DNA of 64,000 nucleotides from Eledone cirrhosa. Taxonomy: Eukaryota. Location: positions 29,140,001 to 29,204,000 of the forward strand of contig OZ024748.1 of NCBI GenBank assembly GCA_964016885.1, read 5' to 3'. Below, piece by piece: positions 1 to 15,000 of this stretch (position 1 is its first letter; each line of letters starts with the position of its first letter). The position numbers were made by a program, and so were the translations under genes. The notes under the pieces were generated by a model, which ran no database searches, was not told the DNA's origin, and saw only the letters and a program-made list of their open reading frames with translations.

Positions 1-3000
1 AACTACAGTAGTTAGTATCACTAACTCCACCCTGAAACTACAGTAGTTAGTATCACTAACTCTACCCTAAAACTACAGTAGTTAGTATCACTAACTCCAC
101 CCTGAAACTACAGTAGTTAGTATCACTAACTCTACCCTAAAACTACAGTAGTTAGTATCACTAACTTCACCCTGAAACTACAGTAGTTAGTATCACTAAC
201 TCCACCCTAAAACTACAGTAGTTAGAATCACTAACTCCACCCTAAAACTTCAGTAGTTAGTATCACTAACTCCACCCTGAAACTACAGTTGTTAGAATCA
301 CTAACTCCACCCTGAAACTACAGTTGTTAGAATCACTAACTCCACCCTGAAACTACAGTAGTTAGAATCACTAACTCCACCCTGAAACTACAGTAGTTAG
401 TATCACTAACTCCACCCTGAAACTACAGTAGTTAGTATCATTAACTCCACCCTGAAACTACAGTAGTTAGTATCACTAACTCCACCCTGAAACTACAGTA
501 GTTAGTATCACTAACTCCACCCTGAAACTACAGTAGTTAGAATCACTAACTCCACCCTGAAACTACAGTAGTTAGTATCACTAACTCCACCCTGAAACTT
601 CAGTAGTTAGTATCACTAACTCCACCCTAAAACTATTTTAGTTAGTATCACTAACTCCACCCTGAAACTACAGTAGTTAGTATCAATAACACCACCCTGA
701 AACTACAGTAGTTAGTATCACTAACTCCACCTGAAACTACAGTAGTTAGTATCACTAACTCTACCCTAAAACTACAGTAGTTAGAATCACTAACTCCACC
801 CTGAAACTACAGTAGTTAGTATCACTAACTCCACCCTGAAACTTCAGTAGTTAGTATCACTAACTCCACCCTAAAACTATTTTAGTTAGTATCACTAACT
901 CCACCCTAAAACTACAGTAGTTAGAATCACTAACTCCACCCTAAAACTACAGTAGTTAGTATCACTAACTCCACCCTGAAACTACAATAGTTAGTATCAC
1001 TAACTCCACCCTGAAACTACAGTAGTTAGTATCACTAACTCCACCCTAAAACTACAGTAGTTAGTATCACTAACTCCACCCTGAAACTTCAGTAGTTAGA
1101 ATCACTAACTCCACCCTGAAACTACAGTAGTTAGTATCACTAACTCCACCCTAAAACTACAGTAGTTAGTATCACTAACTCCACCCTGAAACTACAGTAG
1201 TTAGTATCACTAACTCCACCCTAAAACTACAGTAGTTAGTATCACTAACTCCACCCTGAAACTTCAGTAGTTAGAATCACTAACTCCACCCTGAAACTTC
1301 AGTAGTTAGAATCACTAACTCCACCCTGAAACTACAGTAGTTAGTATCACTAACTCCACCCTAAAACTACAGTAGTTAGTATCACTAACTCCACCCTGAA
1401 ACTTCAGTAGTTAGAATCACTAACTCCACCCTGAAACTTCAGTAGTTAGAATCACTAACTCCACCCTGAAACTACAGTAGTTAGAATCACTAACTCCACC
1501 CTGAAACTACAGTAGTTAGTATCACTAACTCCACCCTAAAACTACAGTAGTTAGTACCACTAACTCCACCCTGAAACTACAGTAGTTAGAATCACTAACT
1601 CCACCCTAAAACTACAGTAGTTAGTATCACTAACTCCACCCTGAAACTACAGTAGTTAGAATCACTAACTCCACCCTGAAACTACAGTAGTTAGTATCAC
1701 TAACTCTACCCTAAAACTACAGTAGTTAGTATCACTAACTTCACCCTGAAACTACAGTAGTTAGAATCACTAACTCCACCCTAAAACTACAGTAGTTAGA
1801 ATCACTAACTCCACCCTGAAACTACAGTAGTTAGTATCACTAACTCCACCCTGAAACTTCAGTAGTTAGTATCACTAACTCCACCCTAAAACTATTTTAG
1901 TTAGTATCACTAACTCCACCCTAAAACTACAGTAGTTAGAATCACTAACTCCACCCTAAAACTACAGTAGTTAGTATCACTAACTCCACCCTGAAACTAC
2001 AATAGTTAGTATCACTAACTCCACCCTGAAACTACAGTAGTTAGTATCACTAACTCCACCCTAAAACTACAGTAGTTAGTATCACTAACTCCACCCTGAA
2101 ACTTCAGTAGTTAGAATCACTAACTCCACCCTGAAACTACAGTAGTTAGTATCACTAACTCCACCCTAAAACTACAGTAGTTAGTATCACTAACTCCACC
2201 CTGAAACTACAGTAGTTAGTATCACTAACTCCACCCTGAAACTACAGTAGTTAGTATCACTAACTCCATCCTGAAACTTCAGTAGTTAGAATCACTAACT
2301 CCACCCTGAAACTTCAGTAGTTAGAATCACTAACTCCACCGTAAAACTACAGTAGTTAGTATCACTAACTCCACCCTGAAACTTCAGTAGTTAGAATCAC
2401 TAACTCCACCCTGAAACTTCAGTAGTTAGAATCACTAACTCCACCCTGAAACTACAGTAGTTAGTATCACTAACTCCACCCTAAAACTACAGTAGTTAGT
2501 ATCACTAACTCCACCCTGAAACTACAGTTGTTAGAATCACTAACTCCACCCTGAAACTACAGTTGTTAGAATCACTAACTCCACCCTGAAACTACAGTAG
2601 TTAGAATCACTAACTCCACCCTGAAACTATAGTAGTTAGTATCACTAACTCCACCCTGAAACTACAGTAGTTAGTATCACTAACTCCACCCTGAAACTAC
2701 AGTTGTTAGAATCACTAACTCCACCCTGAAACTACAGTAGTTAGTATCACTAACTCTACCCTGAAACTACAGTAGTTAGTATCACTAACTTCACCCTGAA
2801 ACTACAGTAGTTAGAATCACTAACTCCACCCTAAAACTACAGTAGTTAGAATCACTAACTCCACCCTAAAACTACAGTAGTTAGTATCACTAACTCCACC
2901 CTAAAACTACAGTAGTTAGAATCACTAACTCCACCCTAAAACTTCAGTAGTTAGTATCACTAACTCCACCCTAAAACTACAGTAGTTAGAATCACTAACT

Positions 3001-6000
3001 CCACCCTGAAACTACAGTAGTTAGAATCACTAACTCCACCCTGAAACTACAGTAGTTAGTATCACTAACTCCACCCTGAAACTACAGTAGTTAGTATCAC
3101 TAACTCTACCCTAAAACTACAGTAGTTAGTATCACTAACTCCACCCTGAAACTACAGTAGTTAGTATCACTAACTCTACCCTAAAACTACAGTAGTTAGT
3201 ATCACTAACTTCACCCTGAAACTACAGTAGTTAGTATCACTAACTCCACCCTAAAACTACAGTAGTTAGAATCACTAACTCCACCCTAAAACTTCAGTAG
3301 TTAGTATCACTAACTCCACCCTGAAACTACAGTTGTTAGAATCACTAACTCCACCCTGAAACTACAGTTGTTAGAATCACTAACTCCACCCTGAAACTAC
3401 AGTAGTTAGAATCACTAACTCCACCCTGAAACTACAGTAGTTAGTATCACTAACTCCACCCTGAAACTACAGTAGTTAGTATCATTAACTCCACCCTGAA
3501 ACTACAGTAGTTAGTATCACTAACTCCACCCTGAAACTACAGTAGTTAGTATCACTAACTCCACCCTGAAACTACAGTAGTTAGAATCACTAACTCCACC
3601 CTGAAACTACAGTAGTTAGTATCACTAACTCCACCCTGAAACTTCAGTAGTTAGTATCACTAACTCCACCCTAAAACTATTTTAGTTAGTATCACTAACT
3701 CCACCCTGAAACTACAGTAGTTAGTATCAATAACACCACCCTGAAACTACAGTAGTTAGTATCACTAACTCCACCTGAAACTACAGTAGTTAGTATCACT
3801 AACTCTACCCTAAAACTACAGTAGTTAGAATCACTAACTCCACCCTGAAACTACAGTAGTTAGTATCACTAACTCCACCCTGAAACTTCAGTAGTTAGTA
3901 TCACTAACTCCACCCTAAAACTATTTTAGTTAGTATCACTAACTCCACCCTAAAACTACAGTAGTTAGAATCACTAACTCCACCCTAAAACTACAGTAGT
4001 TAGTATCACTAACTCCACCCTGAAACTACAATAGTTAGTATCACTAACTCCACCCTGAAACTACAGTAGTTAGTATCACTAACTCCACCCTAAAACTACA
4101 GTAGTTAGTATCACTAACTCCACCCTGAAACTTCAGTAGTTAGAATCACTAACTCCACCCTGAAACTACAGTAGTTAGTATCACTAACTCCACCCTAAAA
4201 CTACAGTAGTTAGTATCACTAACTCCACCCTGAAACTACAGTAGTTAGTATCACTAACTCCACCCTAAAACTACAGTAGTTAGTATCACTAACTCCACCC
4301 TGAAACTTCAGTAGTTAGAATCACTAACTCCACCCTGAAACTTCAGTAGTTAGAATCACTAACTCCACCCTGAAACTACAGTAGTTAGTATCACTAACTC
4401 CACCCTAAAACTACAGTAGTTAGTATCACTAACTCCACCCTGAAACTTCAGTAGTTAGAATCACTAACTCCACCCTGAAACTTCAGTAGTTAGAATCACT
4501 AACTCCACCCTGAAACTACAGTAGTTAGAATCACTAACTCCACCCTGAAACTACAGTAGTTAGTATCACTAACTCCACCCTAAAACTACAGTAGTTAGTA
4601 CCACTAACTCCACCCTGAAACTACAGTAGTTAGAATCACTAACTCCACCCTAAAACTACAGTAGTTAGTATCACTAACTCCACCCTGAAACTACAGTAGT
4701 TAGAATCACTAACTCCACCCTGAAACTACAGTAGTTAGTATCACTAACTCTACCCTAAAACTACAGTAGTTAGTATCACTAACTTCACCCTGAAACTACA
4801 GTAGTTAGAATCACTAACTCCACCCTAAAACTACAGTAGTTAGAATCACTAACTCCACCCTGAAACTACAGTAGTTAGTATCACTAACTCCACCCTGAAA
4901 CTTCAGTAGTTAGTATCACTAACTCCACCCTAAAACTATTTTAGTTAGTATCACTAACTCCACCCTAAAACTACAGTAGTTAGAATCACTAACTCCACCC
5001 TAAAACTACAGTAGTTAGTATCACTAACTCCACCCTGAAACTACAATAGTTGGTATCACTAACTCCACCCTGAAACTACAGTAGTTAGTATCACTAACTC
5101 CACCCTAAAACTACAGTAGTTAGTATCACTAACTCCACCCTGAAACTTCAGTAGTTAGAATCACTAACTCCACCCTGAAACTACAGTAGTTAGTATCACT
5201 AACTCCACCCTAAAACTACAGTAGTTAGTATCACTAACTCCACCCTGAAACTACAGTAGTTAGTATCACTAACTCCACCCTGAAACTACAGTAGTTAGTA
5301 TCACTAACTCCATCCTGAAACTTCAGTAGTTAGAATCACTAACTCCACCCTGAAACTTCAGTAGTTAGAATCACTAACTCCACCGTAAAACTACAGTAGT
5401 TAGTATCACTAACTCCACCCTGAAACTTCAGTAGTTAGAATCACTAACTCCACCCTGAAACTTCAGTAGTTAGAATCACTAACTCCACCCTGAAACTACA
5501 GTAGTTAGTATCACTAACTCCACCCTAAAACTACAGTAGTTAGTACCACTAACTCCACCCTGAAACTACAGTAGTTAGGATCACTAACTCCACCCTAAAA
5601 CTACAGTAGTTAGTATCACTAACTCCACCCTGAAACTACAGTAGTTAGTATCACTAACTCCACCCTGAAACTACAGTAGTTAGTATCACTAACTCCTCCC
5701 TAAAACTACAGTAGTTAGTATCACTAACTCCACCCTGAAACTACAGTAGTTAGTATCACTAACTCCACCCTAAAACTACAGTAGTTAGTATCACTAACTC
5801 CACCCTGAAACTACAGTAGTTAGAATCACTAACTCCACCCTGAAACTACAGTAGTTAGTATCACTAACTCCACCCTGAAACTACAGTAGTTAGTATCACT
5901 AACTCCACCCTGAAACTACAGTAGTTAGTATCAATAACTCCACCCTGAAACTACAGTAGTTAGAATCACTAACTCCACCCTAAAACTACAGTAGTTAGAA

Positions 6001-9000
6001 TCACTAACTCTACCCTAAAACTACAGTAGTTAGAATCACTAACTCCACCCTGAAACTACAGTAGTTAGTATCACTAACTCCACCCTGAAACTACAGTAGT
6101 TAGAATCACTAACTCCACCCTAAAACTACAGTAGTTAGAATCACTAACTCCACCCTAAAACTACAGTAGTTAGTATCACTAACTCTACCATAAAACTACA
6201 GTAGTTAGTATCACTAACTCTACCCTAAAACTACAGTAGTTAGTATCACTAACTCCACCCTGAAACTACAGTAGTTAGTATCACTAACTCCACCCTAAAA
6301 CTACAGTAGTTAGAATCACTAACTCCACCCTAAAACTACAGTAGTTAGTATCACTAACTCCACCCTAAAACTATTTTAGTTAGTATCACTAACTCCACCC
6401 TGAAACTACAGTAGTTAGTATCACTAACTCCACCCTAAAACTACAGTAGTTAGAATCACTAACTCCACCCTAAAACTTCAGTAGTTAGTATCACTAACTC
6501 CACCCTGAAACTACAGTTGTTAGAATCACTAACTCCACCCTGAAACTACAGTTGTTAGAATCACTAACTCCACCCTGAAACTACAGTAGTTAGAATCACT
6601 AACTCCACCCTAAAACTACAGTAGTTAGTATCACTAACTCCACCCTGAAACTACAGTAGTTAGTATCACTAACTCCACCCTGAAACTACAGTAGTTAGTA
6701 TCACTAACTCCACCCTAAAACTACAGTAGTTAGTATCACTAACTCCACCCTGAAACTACAGTAGTTAGTATCACTAACTCCACCCTAAAACTACAGTAGT
6801 TAGTATCACTAACTCCACCCTGAAACTACAGTAGGTAGAATCACTAACTCCACCCTGAAACTACAGTAGTTAGTATCACTAACTCCACCCTGAAACTACA
6901 GTAGTTAGTATCACTAACTCCACCCTGAAACTACAGTAGTTAGTATCAATAACTCCACCCTGAAACTACAGTAGTTAGAATCACTAACTCCACCCTAAAA
7001 CTACAGTATTTAGAATCACTAACTCTACCCTAAAACTACAGTAGTTAGAATCACTAACTCCACCCTGAAACTACAGTAGTTAGTATGACTAACTCCACCC
7101 TGAAACTACAGTAGTTAGAATCACTAACTCCACCCTAAAACTACAGTAGTTAGAATCACTAACTCCACCCTAAAACTACAGTAGTTAGTATGACTAACTC
7201 CACCCTAAAACTACAGTAGTTAGTATCACTAACTCTACCCTAAAACTACAGTAGTTAGTATCACTAACTTCACCCTGAAACTACAGTAGTTAGAATCACT
7301 AACTCCACCCTGAAACTACAGTAGTTAGAATCACTAACTCCACCCTGAAACTACAGTAGTTAGTATCACTAACTCCACCCTGAAACTACAGTAGTTAGTA
7401 TCACTAACTCCACCCTAAAACTACAGTAGTTAGAATCACTAACTCCACCCTGAAACTACAGTTGTTAGAATCACTAACTCCACCCTGAAACTACAGTAGT
7501 TAGAATCACTAACTCCACCCTGAAACTACAGTAGTTAGTATCACTAACTCCACCCTGAAACTACAGTAGTTAGAATCACTAACTCCACCCTAAAACTACA
7601 GTAGTTAGAATCACTAACTCCACCCTGAAACTACAGTAGTTAGTATCACTAACTCCACCCTGAAACTTCAGTAGTTAGTATCACTAACTCCACCCTAAAA
7701 CTATTTTAGTTAGTATCACTAACTCCACCCTAAAACTACAGTAGTTAGTATCACTAACTCCACCCTAAAACTATTTTAGTTAGTATCACTAACTCCACCC
7801 TGAAACTACAGTACTTAGTATCACTAACTCCACCCTAAAACTACAGTAGTTAGAATCACTAACTCCACCCTGAAACTACAGTAGTTAGTATCACTAACTC
7901 CACCCTGAAACTACAGTAGTTAGTATCACTAACTCCACCCTAAAACTATTTTAGTTAGTCTCACTAACTCCACCCTAAAACTACAGTAGTTAGTATCACT
8001 AGCTCCACCCTGAAACTACAGTAGTTAGTATCACTAACTCCACCCTAAAACTATTTTAGTTAGTATCACTAACTCCACCCTAAAACTACAGTAGTTAGTA
8101 TCACTAACTCCACCCTAAAACTACAGTAGTTAGAATCGCTAACTCCACCCTAAAACTACAGTAGTTAGTATCACTAACTCCACCCTGAAACTACAGTAGT
8201 TAGTATCACTAACTCTACCCTAAAACTACAGTAGTTAGTATCACTAACTCTACCCTAAAACTACAGTAGTTAGTATCACTAACTCCACCCTAAAACTACA
8301 GTAGTTAGAATCGCTAACTCCACCCTAAAACTACAGTCGTTAGAATCACTAACTCCACCCTGAAACTACAGTAGTTAGTATCACTAACTCCACCCTGAAA
8401 GTACAGTAGTTAGAATCACTAACTCCACCCTAAAATTACAGTAGTTAGTATCACTAACTCCACCCTGAAACTACAGTAGTTAGTATCACTAACTCCACCC
8501 TGAAACTACAGTAGTTAGAATCACTAACTCCACCCTAAAACTACAGTAGTTAGTGTCACTAACTCCACCCTGAAACTACAGTAGTTAGTATCACTAACTC
8601 CACCCTAAAACTACAGTAGTTAGTATCACTAACTCCACCCTGAAACTACAGCAGTTAGTATCACTAACTCCACCCTGAAACTACAGTAGTTAGAATCACT
8701 AACTCCACCCTGAAACTACAGTAGTTAGTATCACTAACTCCACCCTGAAACTACAGTAGTTAGTATCACTAACTCCACCCTAAAACTACAGTAGTTAGTA
8801 TCACTAACTCCACCCTGAAACTTCAGTAGTTAGAATCACTAACTCCACCCTGAAACTTCAGTAGTTAGAATCACTAACTCCACCCTGAAACTACAGTAGT
8901 TAGTATCACTAACTCCACCCTGAAACTACAGTAGTTAGTATCATTAACTCCACCCTGAAACTACAGTAGTTAGTATCACTAACTCCACCCTGAAACTACA

Positions 9001-12000
9001 GTAGTTAGTATCACTAACTCCACCCTGAAACTACAGTAGTTAGAATCACTAACTCCACCCTGAAACTACAGTAGTTAGTATCACTAACTCCGCCCTGAAA
9101 CTTCAGTAGTTAGAGTCACTAACTCCACCCTAAAACTACAGTAGTTACTATCACTAACTCCACCCTGAAACTTCAGTAGTTAGTATCACTAACTCCACCC
9201 TGAAACTACAGTACTTAGTATCACTAACTCCACCCTGAAACTTCAGTAGTTAGAATCACTAACTCCACCCTGAAACTACAGTAGTTAGAATCACTAACTC
9301 CACCCTAAAACTACAGTAGTTAGTATCACTAACTCCACCCTGAAACTTCAGTAGTTAGAATCACTAACTCCACCCTGAAACTACAGTAGTTAGTATCACT
9401 AACTCCACCCTGAAACTTCAGTAGTTAGTGTTACTAACTCCACCCTGAAACTTCAGTAGTTAGAATCACTAACTCCACCCTAAAACTACAGTAGTTAGAA
9501 TCATTAACTCCACCCTAAAACTACAGTAGTTAGTATCACTAACTCCACCCTGAAACTACAGTAGTTAGTATCACTAACTCCACCCTGAAACTACAGTAGT
9601 TAGAATCACTAACTCCACCCTAAAACTACAGTAGTTAGTATCACTAACTCCACCCTGAAACTTCAGTAGTTAGAATCACTAACTCCACCCTAAAACTACA
9701 GTAGTTAGTATCACTAACTCCACCCTGAAACTTCAGTAGTTAGAATCACTAACTCCACCCTGAAACTTCAGTAGTTCGAATCACTAACTCCACCCTGAAA
9801 CTACAGTAGTTAGTATCACTAACTCCACCCTGAAACTTCAGTAGTTAGAATCACTAACTCCACCCTGAAACTTCAGTAGTTAGAATCACTAACTCCACCC
9901 TGAAACTACAGTAGTTAGAATCACTAACTCCACCCTGAAACTACAGTAGTTAGTATCACTAACTCCACCCTGAAACTACAGTAGTTAGTATCAATAACTC
10001 CACCCTGAAACTACAGTAGTTAGAATCACTAACTCCACCCTGAAACTACAGTAGTTAGAATCACTAACTCCACCCTGAAACTACAGTAGTTAGTATCACT
10101 AACTCCACCCTGAAACTTCAGTAGTTAGTATCACTAACTCCACCCTAAAACTATTTTAGTTAGTATCACTAACTCCACCCTGAAACTACAGTAGTTAGTA
10201 CCAATAACACCACCCTGAAACTACAGTAGTTAGAATCATTAACTCCACCCTAAAACTACAGTAGTTAGTATCACTAACTCCACCCTGAAACTACAGTAGT
10301 TAGTATCACTAACTCCACCCTGAAACTACAGTAGTTAGAATCACTAACTCCACCCTAAAACTACAGTAGTTAGTGTCACTAACTCCACCCTGAAACTACA
10401 GTAGTTAGTATCACTAACTCCACCCTAAAACTACAGTAGTTAGTATCACTAACTCCACCCTGAAACTACAGCAGTTAGTATCACTAACTCCACCCTGAAA
10501 CTACAGTAGTTAGAATCACTAACTCCACCCTGAAACTACAGTAGTTAGTATCACTAACTCCACCCTGAAACTACAGTAGTTAGTATCACTAACTCCACCC
10601 TAAAACTACAGTAGTTAGTATCACTAACTCCACCCTGAAACTTCAGTAGTTAGAATCACTAACTCCACCCTGAAACTTCAGTAGTTAGAATCACTAACTC
10701 CACCCTGAAACTACAGTAGTTAGTATCAATAACTCCACCCTGAAACTACAGTAGTTAGTATCATTAACTCCACCCTGAAACTACAGTAGTTAGTATCACT
10801 AACTCCACCCTGAAACTACAGTAGTTAGTATCACTAACTCCACCCTGAAGCTACAGTAGTTAGTATCACTAACTCCGCCCTGAAACTTCAGTAGTTAGAG
10901 TCACTAACTCCACCCTAAAACTACAGTAGTTACTATCACTAACTCCACCCTGAAACTTCAGTAGTTAGTATCACTAACTCCACCCTGAAACTACAGTACT
11001 TAGTATCACTAACTCCACCCTGAAACTTCAGTAGTTAGAATCACTAACTCCACCCTGAAACTACAGTAGTTAGAATCACTAACTCCACCCTAAAACTACA
11101 GTAGTTAGTATCACTAACTCCACCCTGAAACTTCAGTAGTTAGAATCACTAACTCCACCCTGAAACTACAGTAGTTAGTATCACTAACTCCACCCTGAAA
11201 CTTCAGTAGTTAGAGTCACTAACTCCACCCTAAAACTACAGTAGTTAGAATCACTAACTCTACCCTGAAACTACAGTAGTTAGTATCACTAACTCCACCC
11301 TGAAACTTCAGTAGTTAGAATCACTAACTCCACCCTGAAACTACAGTAGTTAGTATCACTAACTCCACCCTGAAACTTCAGTAGTTAGAATCACTAACTC
11401 CACCCTGAAACTTCAGTAGTTAGAATCACTAACTCCACCCTAAAACTACAGTAGTTAGAATCATTAACTCCACCCTAAAACTACAGTAGTTAGTATCACT
11501 AACTCCACCCTGAAACTACAGTAGTTAGTATCACTAACTCCACCCTGAAACTACAGTAGTTAGAATCACTAACTCCACCCTAAAACTACAGTAGTTAGTA
11601 TCACTAACTCCACCCTGAAACTTCAGTAGTTAGAATCACTAACTCCACCCTAAAACTACAGTAGTTAGTATCACTAACTCCACCCTGAAACTTCAGTAGT
11701 TAGAATCACTAACTCCACCCTGAAACTTCAGTAGTTCGAATCACTAACTCCACCCTGAAACTACAGTAGTTAGTATCACTAACTCCACCCTGAAACTTCC
11801 ATAGTTAGAATCACTAACTCCACCCTGAAACTTCAGTAGTTAGAATCACTAACTCCACCCTGAAACTACAGTAGTTAGAATCACTAACTCCACCCTGAAA
11901 CTACAGTAGTTAGTATCACTAACTCCACCCTGAAACTACAGTAGTTAGTATCAATAACTCCACCCTGAAACTACAGTAGTTAGAATCACTAACTCCACCC

Positions 12001-15000
12001 TAAAACTACAGTAGTTAGTATCACTAACTCTACCCTAAAACTACAGTAGTTAGTATCACTAACTCTACCATAAAACTACAGTAGTTAGTATCACTAACTC
12101 TACCCTAAAACTACAGTAGTTAGTATCACTAACTCCACCCTGAAACTACAGTAGTTAGTATCACTAACTCCACCCTGAAACTACAGTAGTTAGAATCACT
12201 AACTCCACCCTGAAACTACAGTAGTTAGTATCACTAACTCCACCCTGAAACTTCAGTAGTTAGAATCACTAACTCCACCCTGAAACTACAGTAGTTAGAA
12301 TCACTAACTCCACCCTGAAACTTCAGTAGTTAGAATCACTAACTCCACCCTGAAACTTCAGTAGTTAGAATCACTAACTCCACCCTGAAACTTCAGTAGT
12401 TAGAATCACTAACTCCACCCTGAAACTACAGTAGTTAGTATCACTAACTCCACCCTAAAAATATTTTAGTTAGAATCACTAACTCCACCGTGAAACTACA
12501 GTAGTTAGAATCACTAACTCCACTCTGAAACTACAGTAGTTAGAATCACTAACTCCACCCTGAAACTACAGTAGTTAGTATCACTAACTCCACCCTGAAA
12601 CTTCAGTAGTTAGAATCACTAACTCCACCCTGAAACTACAGTAGTTAGAATCACTAACTCCACCCTGAAACTACAGTAGTTAGTATCACTAACTCCACCC
12701 TGAAACTTCAGTAGTTAGAATCACTAACTCCACCCTGAAACTACAGTAGTGAGAATCACTAACTCCACCCTGAAACTTCAGTAGTTAGAATCACTAACTC
12801 CACCCTGAAACTTCAGTAGTTAGAATCACTAACTCCACCCTGAAACTTCAGTAGTTAGAATCACTAACTCCACCCTGAAACTTCAGTAGTTAGAATCACT
12901 AACTCCACCCTGAAACTTCAGTAGTTAGAATCACTAACTCCACCCTGAAACTTCAGTAGTTAGAATCACTAACTCCACCCTAAAACTACAGTAGTTAGTA
13001 TCACTAACTCCACCCTGAAACTTCAGTAGTTAGTATCACTAACTCCATCCTGAAACTACAGTAGTTAGTATCACTAACTCCACCCTGAAACTTCAGTAGT
13101 TAGAATCACTAACTCCACCCTGAAACTACAGTAGTTAGAATCACTAACTCCACCCTAAAACTACAGTAGTTAGTATCACTAACTCCACCCTGAAACTTCA
13201 GTAGTTAGAATCACTAACTCCACCCTGAAACTACAGTAGTTAGAATCACTAACTCCACCCTGAAACTACAGTAGTTAGTATCACTAACTCCACCCTGAAA
13301 CTTCAGTAGTTAGAATCACTAACTCCACCCTAAAACTACAGTAGTTAGTGTCACTAACTCCACCCTGAAACTTCAGTAGTTAGTATCACTAACTCCACCC
13401 TTAAACTACAGTAGTTAGTATCACTAACTCCACCCTTAAACTACAGTAGTTAGTATCACTAACTCCACCCTGAAACTACAGTAGTTAGAATCACTAACTC
13501 CACCCTCAAACTTCAGTAGTTTGAATCACTAACTCCACCCTGAAACTTCAGTAGTTAGAATCACTAACTCCACCCTGAAACTTCAGTAGTTAGAATCACT
13601 AACTCCACCCTGAAACTACAGTAGTTAGTAGCACTAACTCCACCCTGAAACTACAGTAGTTAGTATCACTAACTCCACCCTGAAACTACAGTAGTTAGAA
13701 TCACTAACTCCACCGTGAAACTACAGTAGTTAGAATCACTAACTCCACCCTGAAACTACAGTAGTTAGTATCACTAACTCCACCCTGAAACTTCAGTAGT
13801 TAGAATCACTAACTCCACCCTGAAACTACAGTAGTTAGAATCACTAACTCCACCCTGAAACTACAGTAGTTAGTATCACTAACTCCACCCTGAAACTTCA
13901 GTAGTTAGAATCACTAACTCCACCCTGAAACTACAGTAGTTAGTATCACTAACTCCACCCTGAAACTACAGTAGTTAGAATCACTAACTCCACCCTAAAA
14001 CTACAGTAGTTAGTATCACTAACTCCACCCTGAAACTACAGTAGTTAGTATCACTAACTCCACCCTGAAACTACAGTAGTTAGAATCACTAACTCCACCC
14101 TAAAACTACAGTAGTTAGTATCACTAACTCCACCCTGAAACTTCAGTAGTTAGAATCACTAACTCCACCCTAAAACTACAGTAGTTAGTATCACTAACTC
14201 CACCCTGAAACTTCAGTAGTTAGAATCACTAACTCCACCCTGAAACTTCAGTAGTTCGAATCACTAACTCCACCCTGAAACTACAGTAGTTAGTATCACT
14301 AACTCCACCCTGAAACTTCAGTAGTTAGAATCACTAACTCCACCCTGAAACTTCAGTAGTTAGAATCACTAACTCCACCCTGAAACTACAGTAGTTAGAA
14401 TCACTAACTCCACCCTGAAACTACAGTAGTTAGTATCACTAACTCCACCCTGAAACTACAGTAGTTAGTATCAATAACTCCACCCTGAAACTACAGTAGT
14501 TAGAATCACTAACTCCACCCTGAAACTACAGTAGTTAGAATCACTAACTCCACCCTGAAACTACAGTAGTTAGTATCACTAACTCCACCCTGAAACTTCA
14601 GTAGTTAGTATCACTAACTCCACCCTAAAACTACAGTAGTTAGTATCACTAACTCCACCCTGAAACTACAGCAGTTAGTATCACTAACTCCACCCTGAAA
14701 CTACAGTAGTTAGAATCACTAACTCCACCCTGAAACTACAGTAGTTAGTATCACTAACTCCACCCTGAAACTACAGTAGTTAGTATCACTAACTCCACCC
14801 TAAAACTACAGTAGTTAGTATCACTAACTCCACCCTAAAACTACAGTAGTTAGTATCACTAACTCCACCCTGAAACTACAGCAGTTAGTATCACTAACTC
14901 CACCCTGAAACTACAGTAGTTAGAATCACTAACTCCACCCTGAAACTACAGTAGTTAGTATCACTAACTCCACCCTGAAACTACAGTAGTTAGTATCACT

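Noticed and set aside
9774-9782. Pol III B-box GTTCGAATC in rare monomers (also ~11734, 14254, 15724)
   Set aside because: A single substitution copied by block duplication, with no convincing A-box; likely chance.
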